From: an uncultured bacterium
GTDB lineage: Bacteria; Muiribacteriota; Ozemobacteria; Ozemobacterales; Ozemobacteraceae
Assembly (NCBI GenBank): GCA_946407375.1
Contig: CAMJNS010000005.1
Location: forward strand, 1 to 61,456
DNA: 61,456 nucleotides
Direction of reading: 5' to 3'
Under the pieces are notes generated by a model. That model saw nothing but the letters and a program-made list of their open reading frames with translations. It was not told the origin of the DNA and did not search any database. A program made the translations under genes and the position numbers. Shown here piece after piece: positions 44,705-53,816 of this stretch; position 1 is the stretch's first letter; the number at the start of each line of letters is the position of its first letter.

Positions 44705-46165
44705 TTAATGGTGATGATGATGCCCACAGTGACAATTATCATCATGTGTGTGGTGGTGATGTTCTGTGTTGTTTTTCTTTTCAGGCAACATTCTAATCAA
44801 AGCATTTCTTTCTGCTTCGTTTAATTGTGCTTTCATTGCAGTTTCTAGTTTTGGTCCATTATTGTTTTCTATAAATGCTTTTAGGAAGCGTATCATTTTG
44901 TCTCTCTGGGTTTCATTTCCTTTAGTGTGGGCAGCGACCAAAGTGCCAATATCCTCTGGAAGTGCTATTTCTGATAAGTAATGGGCGGCTTCGGGTAAAA
45001 GACTTTCGGTAGTTGAGATATATAGGTTCAACATGTGAAGAAGACCTTGGTTATGTGGCATTAAGAGTGATGCTAGGCCGTTTGCGTTGACAAATATCTT
45101 TTCGTTGTCTTTTTTTGCTCCCAATTGCTGGAGGGCAAGGATATTTCCCTGGGAATATAGGGCGTATAGTGCATTGAGTCTGATATCTATGGATTCTTCT
45201 TCTCTGCTTGCCAGGTCTAAAAGAATATCTCCAGTTTGATTTTTATCAAAGGCTCCTAGAGATGTAATTGCCATTAGTCTGACCTCAGGAGCAGGATCGC
45301 CTAACATTCTTGAGAGGGTTTCCGGAGTCATTTCTTCACTAGTTTTGCGCATGGCTTCAACAGCTGCTTGTCTTACCCATTTGTCACTATGTTTTATGCC
45401 TTCATTTAACATTGTGGCGAATGGTAGGTTGAATTCGGATAAGTCTACTACTTTTATCATGACTTGCGCAAAGTCAGAATCCAATTTTTGAAGAGCGATT
45501 AATGTATCATCTATAAGTTTTTGTTCTTTGGTTCTCCATTCAATGCGAAGTTGTTTAATTGCTGAATCAGAAATAGGATTTATCAACAATCTGAGAATAG
45601 ATTCTCCTCCTAATCTCTTCAAGGCCAATAAAGATGTCTCAATAAATTGATAATATTCATATTTATCTAGTAAACTTGTGTTTTTGTTCATCAAATTTAT
45701 GATAAAAGGTATGGCTTTAGCTTCTTCAGCTCTTACTAGTATTTCAACTGCTTTACTTATTCTTGCTATATCAGCTTCTGAACGTAAAACTTCCATTGCT
45801 TCATCATTCATTGAGCTGATAATTTCTCCAGAGTCATCAATAGCATCTAGAATATCTGATAAAGCAGAAAGCAAACCTGCTTTGTATCTTTTAGGAGCAT
45901 TTTTGACAGAATGCTTTAATGCTTCAACGTTTTTTTCACCTTTTTCTGGGTTAAAGTAAAAAAAATCTTCCAATTTTTGGACTACAATGCTTCCTACTTC
46001 TTCTGACATTTCAGGTAATGACTCAAGCAGTAAGGTTATTGGTTTACTACCAATATCAATAATATCGCAAACGGCATCATTAAGATGCTTTTCTTCGACA
46101 TTTTCGAGATCTGCAATCATTTGTCGCAGTTTATTTTCATCACGGGCATCTATTTTTTCTATCAT
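44705..46165 (-). CDS. HEAT-repeat protein with a C-terminal His/Cys-rich tail
   Basis: 486-aa ORF. HEAT-like units (..HSDKWVRQAAVEAM.., ..DPAPEVRLMAITSLG.., ..SIDIRLNALYAL..). Tail TEHHHHTHDDNCHCGHHHHH. Confidence 0.65.
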   Translation of the reverse strand: MIEKIDARDENKLRQMIADLENVEEKHLNDAVCDIIDIGSKPITLLLESLPEMSEEVGSIVVQKLEDFFYFNPEKGEKNVEALKHSVKNAPKRYKAGLLSALSDILDAIDDSGEIISSMNDEAMEVLRSEADIARISKAVEILVRAEEAKAIPFIINLMNKNTSLLDKYEYYQFIETSLLALKRLGGESILRLLINPISDSAIKQLRIEWRTKEQKLIDDTLIALQKLDSDFAQVMIKVVDLSEFNLPFATMLNEGIKHSDKWVRQAAVEAMRKTSEEMTPETLSRMLGDPAPEVRLMAITSLGAFDKNQTGDILLDLASREEESIDIRLNALYALYSQGNILALQQLGAKKDNEKIFVNANGLASLLMPHNQGLLHMLNLYISTTESLLPEAAHYLSEIALPEDIGTLVAAHTKGNETQRDKMIRFLKAFIENNNGPKLETAMKAQLNEAERNALIRMLPEKKNNTEHHHHTHDDNCHCGHHHHH

Positions 46166-46174
46166 ATTAGTATC

Positions 46175-48064
46175 CTATAAAGCTTCGTATAATCTTTTCA
46201 GTCTCGCATAATCGGGGGCCGAAAGAGTGGCAATATTTAGAAGTTTTTTAGTTTCGCTTTTAAGCTTTTCTTTTGGAATAAACTTCATGCATTCTTTTAA
46301 TACCATCATTGGTAATATTGCATAAAGAGTATCTAGATAGATTGCTCTTTGCCAAATGCTGGAGAATTGTGCCATTTTGTTTCTCATTAGAGAGTTTACG
46401 GCAGTCATTCCTAAAGCTTCAGCATTATGAGGTTCTGCTTTTAAAACTATATCAAATTCTCTTTGTGCGGAAGGAAATTCACCTGCATAAAAGAATGCTT
46501 TTCCAAACATTAAATGGTCTTCTATAAATCTGGGTTTATAATCACCAATTTTGCAAAGAAGCTTCATTATTTGGCTTGTATCTCCAGAAGCTATAGTTAA
46601 TTCTATTCTGCACATTATTTCAACAAAACTGTCTATTCCGTCATTGAATGAATCCCAAACTTTTAATGCTTTTTCAGGTTTTCCTGTCATTATGGCAAAG
46701 CGTGAATACCACATAGCTACTTCTTCGTCATCGCTGGCAAGTTCGAGCAATTTTTCAAAGGTGCTTTCTGCAATGTCTAGTTTATCCATTCTAAATGCTG
46801 TATAGGCATAGAGAAATAGCCCATGAACATCATCTGGGAATTCTTTGGCTATCATATCAAGACGAGCACCAGCTTTTTCAAAATTCTTTTCTAATAAATC
46901 TAGTTCGACTAAAGCTAAATCTAGCTCTGCTTGATGCCCTAAATCTCTTATTGCATCAGTCAAAGTAGTTCTTGCAGCTTCTACGTCGCCATTCATCGCT
47001 TGAGATTTTGCGAGATCAACTCGATGAACTGGTGAATTAGGTCGCGAAATATATAATTCGGAATATACTTCTGAGGCTTTCTCAAATTGACGGCTCTGAT
47101 AGAGGAGATTGGCATATTCATCGGCTATGAGAACATCTTCCGGTTCTTTTTTATGAAGGATTCCCATATCTTTTAAAGCGGTTTCGATTTGTATTTTCCC
47201 ATCATATAGTTTATCTAAAATATCGAAAACTTCGCTTTCATGTGAGCTTTGCCCTGGAACAAACTTGTTTGGAGATGATTTTTTCTTTAAAACAGGAAGT
47301 CGTCTGACCATCTCGTTATATTTTTCTCTGAGCAAAACAGGACTTTCTATGGTTTCTAACCCTTTTGTGATAGTTTCTACAGCTTCTTGAACCTTGTTTT
47401 CTTCCAGATACAAATCTACAAGTCTTAAAATGACTTCTTGATTAGATGGTTCAATCATAAGAGCCCGTTTTAAAGTGATTTGAGCTTTGTCTTTATTGTT
47501 CAAATGAATATGACAATCATACATACCTTTTAAGGGCTCAATAGAGTTGCAGGCTGCGTCAGAAGCTTTCCTATAAATTTCTAAAGCTTCTTCATATCGG
47601 GCTAGCATTTTTAAATCTCCACCTAATTCCATTAAAGCGTCAATATTGGTAGAAAATTTATCAATATTTTGAAGCATTAAAGCAACAGCATCTTTGTATT
47701 TTCCAAGTGACCTTAAACATTCAACCATAAGTTGCTTTATTTCTATATCTTCTGGAAGAAGCTCAGAGGCTTGTTGGAAAGCCATATATGCAAGTCTGAA
47801 ATCTTGCTTATACATATAAGCTTTACCTATGTCGTATAAAGCCATGGAGTTATTTGGAGCAATAGTCAATGCTCGGCTAAAATAATCTATAGCTTTATCT
47901 GCTCTTCTCTTTTGCAGACAAACAGCACCTAGGTTGACTAATATATCAACATTTTCCGGTTCTAATTCTAAGGCTTTTTCGTATTCTTGAATGGCTATTT
48001 CGTAAGCTCCTCTGTCATACGAAGCTACTGCCTTATTGTATAAATCTAAGACAGCTCCTTCCAT
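46175..48064 (-). CDS. Tetratricopeptide (TPR) repeat protein
   Basis: 629-aa ORF with many 34-aa TPR-like units (..YDRGAYEIAIQEYEKALELEPEN..). Its start codon overlaps the upstream stop (TGATG). Confidence 0.8.
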   Translation of the reverse strand: MEGAVLDLYNKAVASYDRGAYEIAIQEYEKALELEPENVDILVNLGAVCLQKRRADKAIDYFSRALTIAPNNSMALYDIGKAYMYKQDFRLAYMAFQQASELLPEDIEIKQLMVECLRSLGKYKDAVALMLQNIDKFSTNIDALMELGGDLKMLARYEEALEIYRKASDAACNSIEPLKGMYDCHIHLNNKDKAQITLKRALMIEPSNQEVILRLVDLYLEENKVQEAVETITKGLETIESPVLLREKYNEMVRRLPVLKKKSSPNKFVPGQSSHESEVFDILDKLYDGKIQIETALKDMGILHKKEPEDVLIADEYANLLYQSRQFEKASEVYSELYISRPNSPVHRVDLAKSQAMNGDVEAARTTLTDAIRDLGHQAELDLALVELDLLEKNFEKAGARLDMIAKEFPDDVHGLFLYAYTAFRMDKLDIAESTFEKLLELASDDEEVAMWYSRFAIMTGKPEKALKVWDSFNDGIDSFVEIMCRIELTIASGDTSQIMKLLCKIGDYKPRFIEDHLMFGKAFFYAGEFPSAQREFDIVLKAEPHNAEALGMTAVNSLMRNKMAQFSSIWQRAIYLDTLYAILPMMVLKECMKFIPKEKLKSETKKLLNIATLSAPDYARLKRLYEAL

Positions 48065-49611
48065 CAGAATTCCTCCTGTCTGGCACTTGAATTATGCTGC
48101 TTTGAGGCTTGATTTGCCTGGACTTCCTTAAATCGTTCAAGATTATCAATCATTGCAGAATAGTTTTCAACTTCTTGAGGCGCACATTCCTTAAATTTAG
48201 AAAAAGCTTCAAAATATCGATAGAAAATAGTCGAATTAGAGCTCCCCATTTTATTTTTAGCTATATAGGCTTCTGTGATTGGAATCATGAAACTGTCTTC
48301 TTTGCCCCATTCCCATTCTAAGAAAGGAGTGTCAAAGTTATTAAGATAATCGCAGTATAAGAAGAAAATAGCATAGGGGTCGTAAAGCAAACCTGTAATT
48401 TCTTCTAGATCTTCTTTTACGGGTCTTCGATTGCTTATAGCTTTGGGTAACCCAGCGGTAGCTATTACCGTTACGCCTTCGACGGCTGCAAGACTTTTTA
48501 GCTCAGAGGCTAGAACGTTAGATTTTTCGTTGAAACTCATATGATGCTGATTTCTTATCAGTATTTTGTAAAGAGGGTCTATTACGACTGCAACTTCTCC
48601 GCCTCTTTCTAGGCGAGTTCGTTTTACATATTTCTTTATATCATCAATAGAAAGACGACCAGTAGATTCGTCTATAAGAATAAATCTTTTGCTCATAGAG
48701 GCTACTTTTTGTAGAGCTTCATTTCTGCGTTCTTCCAAATCATCTCTAGCAGAATATGGATTTTTTACATAATCTATAGGCAATTCGCCGCATTGGGATA
48801 TTATTTTTGCTGTTGCGTCAATACGGTTTAAGTCTAAACTGAAATAGATTACTGTAAGTTCAGGATTCATGTTGGCAAGATCCCAGGCTAACTGAGTGGC
48901 AAAAGTTGATTTTCCCATCCCTACCCCACCGGTGATGAGATAAAATTCTTTTTGGAAGCCGTTCAACTTTTCCATCAATATAGGAAAATTGGTGTTTAGA
49001 CCAAGATAGCTCTGTTTTCTGTATCTTCTGTCGGCTATCATTTCTTGCATTTCGTTAATATGAGCATCAATTCCTCTTATATAACCAGCACTACCCTGTA
49101 AAAAGATAGAACGAAGAGATTGTATCCCTTCGCTTAAAACTTCAAAAACTTCTTTGTCGTTGTCTATAATCTTTTCTGAATATTGGATAAAGGTTTTGTG
49201 GGAATCGTATCTGATGTTTCTGTCACGAATTTGCTCAATAAGAGGTTCGATGTCTTCCATCATTTTTACACCAGGTGTTGAAAATGGATTCATCATAAGG
49301 TCTTTTATACGATTTTCACCACCAACAATTTCAAGTTTGGTTTTCTTGCCTTGTGTTTGGTTTAGAAGTCTAGATACTAGATTTGGAAGACTTAGGGTTT
49401 CTTCGTCTTCAATTATTTCCAGAATAGTAGCGAGTAAGACTCGGTTTGCTTCCGTTCCTTTAAAGTCTTCAACAGTAAAATGATTTTCTAATAATTGCCG
49501 TCCGATAACAGCAGGATCAAAAACTAGATTCGCTAGTATGCGTTCTTCATCAAGTTCGACTTCTTTTAAGTATTCAACCAGTTCTGTTTTTAACAAATTA
49601 TTATTTGACAA
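48064..49611 (-). CDS. Divergent DnaB-family helicase-like ATPase
   Basis: ORF track gives 48064..49659 (GTG). I prefer the TTG at 49611, which lies 6 nt after GGAGG (49618-49622). DnaB-N-like: EERILANLVFDPAVIG..EDFKGTEANRVLLATILEI. GLNTNFPILMEKLNGFQKEFYLITGGVGMGKSTFATQLA (Walker A). VVIDPLYKI (Walker B-like). Confidence 0.65.
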   Translation of the reverse strand: MSNNNLLKTELVEYLKEVELDEERILANLVFDPAVIGRQLLENHFTVEDFKGTEANRVLLATILEIIEDEETLSLPNLVSRLLNQTQGKKTKLEIVGGENRIKDLMMNPFSTPGVKMMEDIEPLIEQIRDRNIRYDSHKTFIQYSEKIIDNDKEVFEVLSEGIQSLRSIFLQGSAGYIRGIDAHINEMQEMIADRRYRKQSYLGLNTNFPILMEKLNGFQKEFYLITGGVGMGKSTFATQLAWDLANMNPELTVIYFSLDLNRIDATAKIISQCGELPIDYVKNPYSARDDLEERRNEALQKVASMSKRFILIDESTGRLSIDDIKKYVKRTRLERGGEVAVVIDPLYKILIRNQHHMSFNEKSNVLASELKSLAAVEGVTVIATAGLPKAISNRRPVKEDLEEITGLLYDPYAIFFLYCDYLNNFDTPFLEWEWGKEDSFMIPITEAYIAKNKMGSSNSTIFYRYFEAFSKFKECAPQEVENYSAMIDNLERFKEVQANQASKQHNSSARQEEF

Positions 49612-49639
49612 GAGAAACCTCCAAAGCTTGAGCACATTT

Positions 49640-49669
49640 ATATTATTGCAAATCAACACTTTAAGTCAA
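49640..49669 (-). promoter_or_regulatory. Candidate promoter of the DnaB-like/TPR/HEAT operon
   Basis: The minus strand reads TTGACT, an 18-nt spacer, then TAATAT. GGAGG and a TTG start at 49611 follow. Confidence 0.45.
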
Positions 49670-49708
49670 GCTCTTGACAGCGTACAAGAAAAATTGTAGG
49701 ATACCTTT

Positions 49709-49930
49709 ATGTCTTATTATTATATAATTCCATTTATTCTTACTCTAGTTTTTACGTTTTCCTATATTTTAGTGCATTTGTTGCTATTGTTATTTGATGC
49801 ACTAAACTTTTTTTGGGATTTTTGGGATAGAGTGAGAAAGAATTATCCCATTGTGATTATTTTTGAGTTTATTTATTTTGGGCTTATTCTTTATTACATT
49901 GTGTACTGCGAACTTTCTGGGAACACATAA
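49709..49930 (+). CDS. Small two-TM hypothetical protein (uncertain)
   Basis: 73-aa hydrophobic ORF with a weak AGGA upstream. It is co-directional with the downstream gene and lies 31 nt before it. Confidence 0.3.
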   Translation: MSYYYIIPFILTLVFTFSYILVHLLLLLFDALNFFWDFWDRVRKNYPIVIIFEFIYFGLILYYIVYCELSGNT

Positions 49931-49961
49931 AATTTAAACCAAATTTTATAAGTAATTAATT

Positions 49962-51692
49962 ATGCTGTTAGGATTAGATGTTTTATTATCTTCTATTACG
50001 CTTGCTCTAATGGGCATGATTACTTTTACATATATAGCCAATAATATTCCATTTAATTTTCCTTATCAGATAAAACCTTATGAAAAATATGCAGGGGCAC
50101 TTCCTTTTTTTGGTTCTTTGTTTGGGATTATATGCGGTTATTTTCTCAACATTGAATCTATGTATTCAGCTAAATTAGACTATAAAATCTTAGCTGTAGT
50201 CTTTGTTTTTGCTACTATTGGTTATTTAAGAGATAAATATAGAGTTTCAAAAAGAGTAATATTTTTGATTTCCTTTGTATTTGCTTTTATTGCTGTTTAT
50301 CTATATTTCCCTCAAATATCTGTTACAAAACAAATTGGTTACACTTGCTTTATAATGATTTTGCTTGTATGTCTTAAGATTTCAAGCCTAGTTTATGAAA
50401 TGCCATTTATTTTGATATCTACATCAGCTATTACTCATATGTTGTTTATGATTAATTCTGCTAGAGGTAGTGTTATTTTAACTTTAATAGACCTAGCTTT
50501 AGCTACTTTTTCAGTAGCTTCTATAATACATACTTGCTCTGGTTATAGAATTTTAATTAGTAATTCTGGAATATTGGCATCAGGTATTGCTTTGGCTTTA
50601 GTTTCTCTTTTGGAACAAACAGGCAATCTTATCTGGTTTAGCTTTTTCATTCCTGCTATGGCAATAGTATATCCTATTGCTTTTATAAGCTTAATGATAG
50701 TAACCTCATATTTTGGAAATAGGCTTCATAAGACTAGCGATGAAGATAAACACGGTTGGAAGTGGTCTCTTAACCGTGAAAAAACGATTAACTTTTCTGC
50801 TCTTATATTTCTTTGTTTGAATTTTACTGGTCTTTTGGTAACTCTTAAGTCTCCTATTATTGGGTATCTATGCTTATTATCCTTATTAGCTCTGAGTATG
50901 ACGAGTTTTATAAAAACCTTTGCAAGAAGGCTTACTGTTGATGAGACAAAACCGGATAAAATTAATATTCTTGGAGTAAAAATTGATGCTTTATTGCCTC
51001 AAGAAGTTTTAAAAAAAATAGACGAGCATGTTTCTGATCCAAATGCAGGGTTTATGCATATAATAACAGCAGATTCACTTGCATTGGCAAGAGCTGATAA
51101 AGATCCTGATTTTAAACGTATATTAGATTCTGCTGAACTTGTTGTTCCTGACGGAGCAGGTATTGTTTGGGCAGCAGATTTTATTGCAACTCCATTACCA
51201 AGCAGAGTTCCAGGTGTGGCACTTGTTGGGCAAATTTGTGAAAAATCTAAGGAATCAAATTACAATATTTTCTTTATAGGTAGTAAACCTGGTATAGCTG
51301 AAAAGGCAGCAGAAGTATTAAAAGAAAAGACAGGTGCAAATATTGTTGGAGTAGAACACGGGTATTTTGCAAAAGATTCTGATGAAGAAAAGCAAATGCT
51401 TGAAAAAATCCGTGATAGTAAAGCTAATATAGTATTTGTTGCTCTTGGTGTACCTCGTCAGGAAGATTTTATTACAAAACTTCGTGGTTATTGTAGTCAT
51501 ATTGTTGCTATAGGAGTTGGAGGTAGTTTTGACGTAATTTCTGGAACTTTGCCAAGAGCTCCACAATGGATGCAGCGATTCGGTATGGAGTGGCTTTTCC
51601 GTCTATGGTTGGAACCCAAGCGTATAACTCGTATGATAGATATTCCTGTTTTTGTTATAAATGTAATGAGATATAAATTAAATACTGATTAA
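49962..51692 (+). CDS. Fusion of a polytopic membrane domain to a WecB/TagA/CpsF-family (GT26) glycosyltransferase
   Basis: The N-terminal ~330 aa are multi-TM. From about nt 50961: INILGVKIDAL..HIITADSLALA..VVPDGAGIVWAA..FFIGSKPGIAEKAA..VFVALGVPRQEDFI..IGVGGSFDVISG..RAPQWMQRFGMEWLFRL, which is canonical GT26. Confidence 0.85.
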   Translation: MLLGLDVLLSSITLALMGMITFTYIANNIPFNFPYQIKPYEKYAGALPFFGSLFGIICGYFLNIESMYSAKLDYKILAVVFVFATIGYLRDKYRVSKRVIFLISFVFAFIAVYLYFPQISVTKQIGYTCFIMILLVCLKISSLVYEMPFILISTSAITHMLFMINSARGSVILTLIDLALATFSVASIIHTCSGYRILISNSGILASGIALALVSLLEQTGNLIWFSFFIPAMAIVYPIAFISLMIVTSYFGNRLHKTSDEDKHGWKWSLNREKTINFSALIFLCLNFTGLLVTLKSPIIGYLCLLSLLALSMTSFIKTFARRLTVDETKPDKINILGVKIDALLPQEVLKKIDEHVSDPNAGFMHIITADSLALARADKDPDFKRILDSAELVVPDGAGIVWAADFIATPLPSRVPGVALVGQICEKSKESNYNIFFIGSKPGIAEKAAEVLKEKTGANIVGVEHGYFAKDSDEEKQMLEKIRDSKANIVFVALGVPRQEDFITKLRGYCSHIVAIGVGGSFDVISGTLPRAPQWMQRFGMEWLFRLWLEPKRITRMIDIPVFVINVMRYKLNTD

Positions 51693-51819
51693 ACTGAAAA
51701 CAGAAATTTGAAATTATAAAAAGCTTGTTATTGCAGTTGTGATAGGTTTTATAGGCTTTTGAGAGGCTAATAAAAAAAAGATAGTCTTATGTTTTTCCTT
51801 GTATTTAATTTTATAAAAA

Positions 51820-51848
51820 TTGACAAATTGGGTCAAATCAATTAAATT
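51820..51848 (+). promoter_or_regulatory. Candidate promoter of the second porin paralogue
   Basis: TTGACA (51820-25), a 17-nt spacer, then TAAATT (51843-48). Confidence 0.4.
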
Positions 51849-51894
51849 TTTAAAGAACTTCTTATTGTGTACCCATTTGGAGATTATTATATAA

Positions 51895-53523
51895 ATGAGA
51901 AAACAATTATTTTTTTCCATATTATTAATGATATTATCAAGTATTTCTATTGCTTTTGCTAATCCTTTTTCTGATGTTCCAAAAGATCATTGGGCTTTTG
52001 AAGCTATAGATACTTTGCATTCAAAAGGAATTATTGATGGGTATGCAGATGGAACATTCAAAGGAAACAAGGTTGTAAGCCGTTATCATTTGGCTATGGT
52101 TATTGCAAAAATGCTAGTAAGCGTTGAGCAAAAAAGGGGAAGTATTTCTAAAGCAGATTTGAAAGTAATAGAAAGACTTACTATGGAATTTGCTGATGAA
52201 TTAGAACTTATGACCATAAAAGTTAAATCGTTGCAAAGCGATTTAGATTCAATGAAAGAAGATGTTTCTAATATAAAAAAAGATGTACATAATCTTCGTG
52301 ACTTTATAAAAAATGGTGGGAATAATAAAGTTAAGATTTCTGGTGATATGGTTGTAAGAAATTATGGCTTTGTACAAAAAAATGGAAATCATAAACATAG
52401 AACAGAAAGTATGTTTAGAGTCCATTTAGACACAAGAATTAGCGAAAAGATTTCTATTCATACTGGTTGGAATGTAATAGAAGAGAACAATGATCGTGCT
52501 GTTCCCTTTGCAACAAACGAATGGAATGGTGGAAACAAGAATACTGGGGATGTTGAAGAAGTATATTTTAAATTTAAAAATACATTTAAAACAGATGATT
52601 CTTTAAAAGTTGGTAGATTTTGGCATAGCCATGGTCATGGATTAGTTATTCACAGTTTTGTAGATGGTATCAGTTATTCTCAAAAAGGTAAATCTACTGA
52701 TTTGACCCTTAATTGTTTCTTCGAAAGAATGAATACTTTCCAAAATAAACATGATTATTTAAATGTTTGGAATATGAATTTAGATTCTTATTATAAGAAC
52801 CACAAGCTATATTTGGGTTTCTATTATAATAAAAGAAGTTATATCTGGGAATATGATAGATGGGCACTTAATGTAGAAGACCAGTGGTCTGAAGAGAAAA
52901 TTAATAAAAATAAAAGTGATTTAACTATTGAAGTAGGGGCTTCTGGTCCTATAGGCAAGAAGAAAAACAGTAAATTAACTTATGATTTGGCTAGTGTTTA
53001 TAATAATTTTAAAGGTTATTTAAGATATAGAGATACTCAGCAAAGGTTTGATTATAAGGGTTGGTTAAATTATGCTGCAATAAAATATGATACCAAGAAA
53101 GATTTTAATTTTAAATTAGCTTATACTAGTGCTGATGAAGAATCTAGATCCTTTATTAGAAGAGATGATTTTAACGCTTATTGTATGAGAGAAGAAAATC
53201 CATATGAAGATTTAGCATTAACTAATATTATTGTGACTAATTTGAAAGATGCGAAGGTTCAGATAGGATATAGATTTAAAAATGCTAATAAACATAGCTT
53301 AAGACTGGCATACGATAAGATAGAATCAAAGAATAAAGCGGATCCTAACAATACTTCTTTGATTACTTTTGAGTATAGATACCAGCTTTCAGAAAATACT
53401 AGAATTAGATTTGTATACCAGAATACTAAATACAAAGATGGGTATAGGTATAGTAATCATATAGATTTACCTCCTGATACTAGAGAAACACTTTATATGA
53501 CAGAAATATATACTAGATTCTAG
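51895..53523 (+). CDS. OmpM-type outer-membrane tether porin, second paralogue (SLH, coiled coil, beta-barrel)
   Basis: NPFSDVPKDHWAFEAIDTLHSKGIIDGYADGTFKGNKVVSRYHLA (SLH), a coiled coil, and C-terminal YMTEIYTRF. It is colinear with the 20886..22532 product. Confidence 0.85.
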   Translation: MRKQLFFSILLMILSSISIAFANPFSDVPKDHWAFEAIDTLHSKGIIDGYADGTFKGNKVVSRYHLAMVIAKMLVSVEQKRGSISKADLKVIERLTMEFADELELMTIKVKSLQSDLDSMKEDVSNIKKDVHNLRDFIKNGGNNKVKISGDMVVRNYGFVQKNGNHKHRTESMFRVHLDTRISEKISIHTGWNVIEENNDRAVPFATNEWNGGNKNTGDVEEVYFKFKNTFKTDDSLKVGRFWHSHGHGLVIHSFVDGISYSQKGKSTDLTLNCFFERMNTFQNKHDYLNVWNMNLDSYYKNHKLYLGFYYNKRSYIWEYDRWALNVEDQWSEEKINKNKSDLTIEVGASGPIGKKKNSKLTYDLASVYNNFKGYLRYRDTQQRFDYKGWLNYAAIKYDTKKDFNFKLAYTSADEESRSFIRRDDFNAYCMREENPYEDLALTNIIVTNLKDAKVQIGYRFKNANKHSLRLAYDKIESKNKADPNNTSLITFEYRYQLSENTRIRFVYQNTKYKDGYRYSNHIDLPPDTRETLYMTEIYTRF

Positions 53524-53591
53524 GTTTTCATAAAATTTCGTGTTTTTAAGCTATTGGCGAAAGGCATCGATATTTATATCACCACTTTTTT

Positions 53592-53617
53592 GGAGCTTGT
53601 CTAAAAACTAGTTTTTT
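53592..53617. repeat. Solo MITE terminus
   Basis: GGAGCTTGTCTAAAAACTAGTTTTTT matches the shared A/B terminal repeat, but no core follows. Confidence 0.55.
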
Positions 53618-53640
53618 ACCCCAAATTAGATTTTTAAAAT

Positions 53641-53816
53641 CCCCCTTACCGACTACCTTACGGTAGTCGGCCCCCTACGACTTGCTTGACCTCCTGTCGC
53701 TCGCATGCACTCCCAACATTCTGTTGGTCGTCAGTCACTTTGTGACAGCTCCTCCAATCTTCGATTTGGGGAGCATCTTTGGCTGCCACCCCTTCTCAAT
53801 GAGGGGCTTTAGGACA
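53641..53816. repeat. Array of GC-rich mini-hairpins
   Basis: CCGACTACC-TTA-CGGTAGTCGG; CCAAC-ATTCT-GTTGG; GTCAC-TTT-GTGAC; GCTCCTCC..GGGGAGCATCTT; CCCCTT-CTCAAT-GAGGGG. Confidence 0.7.
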
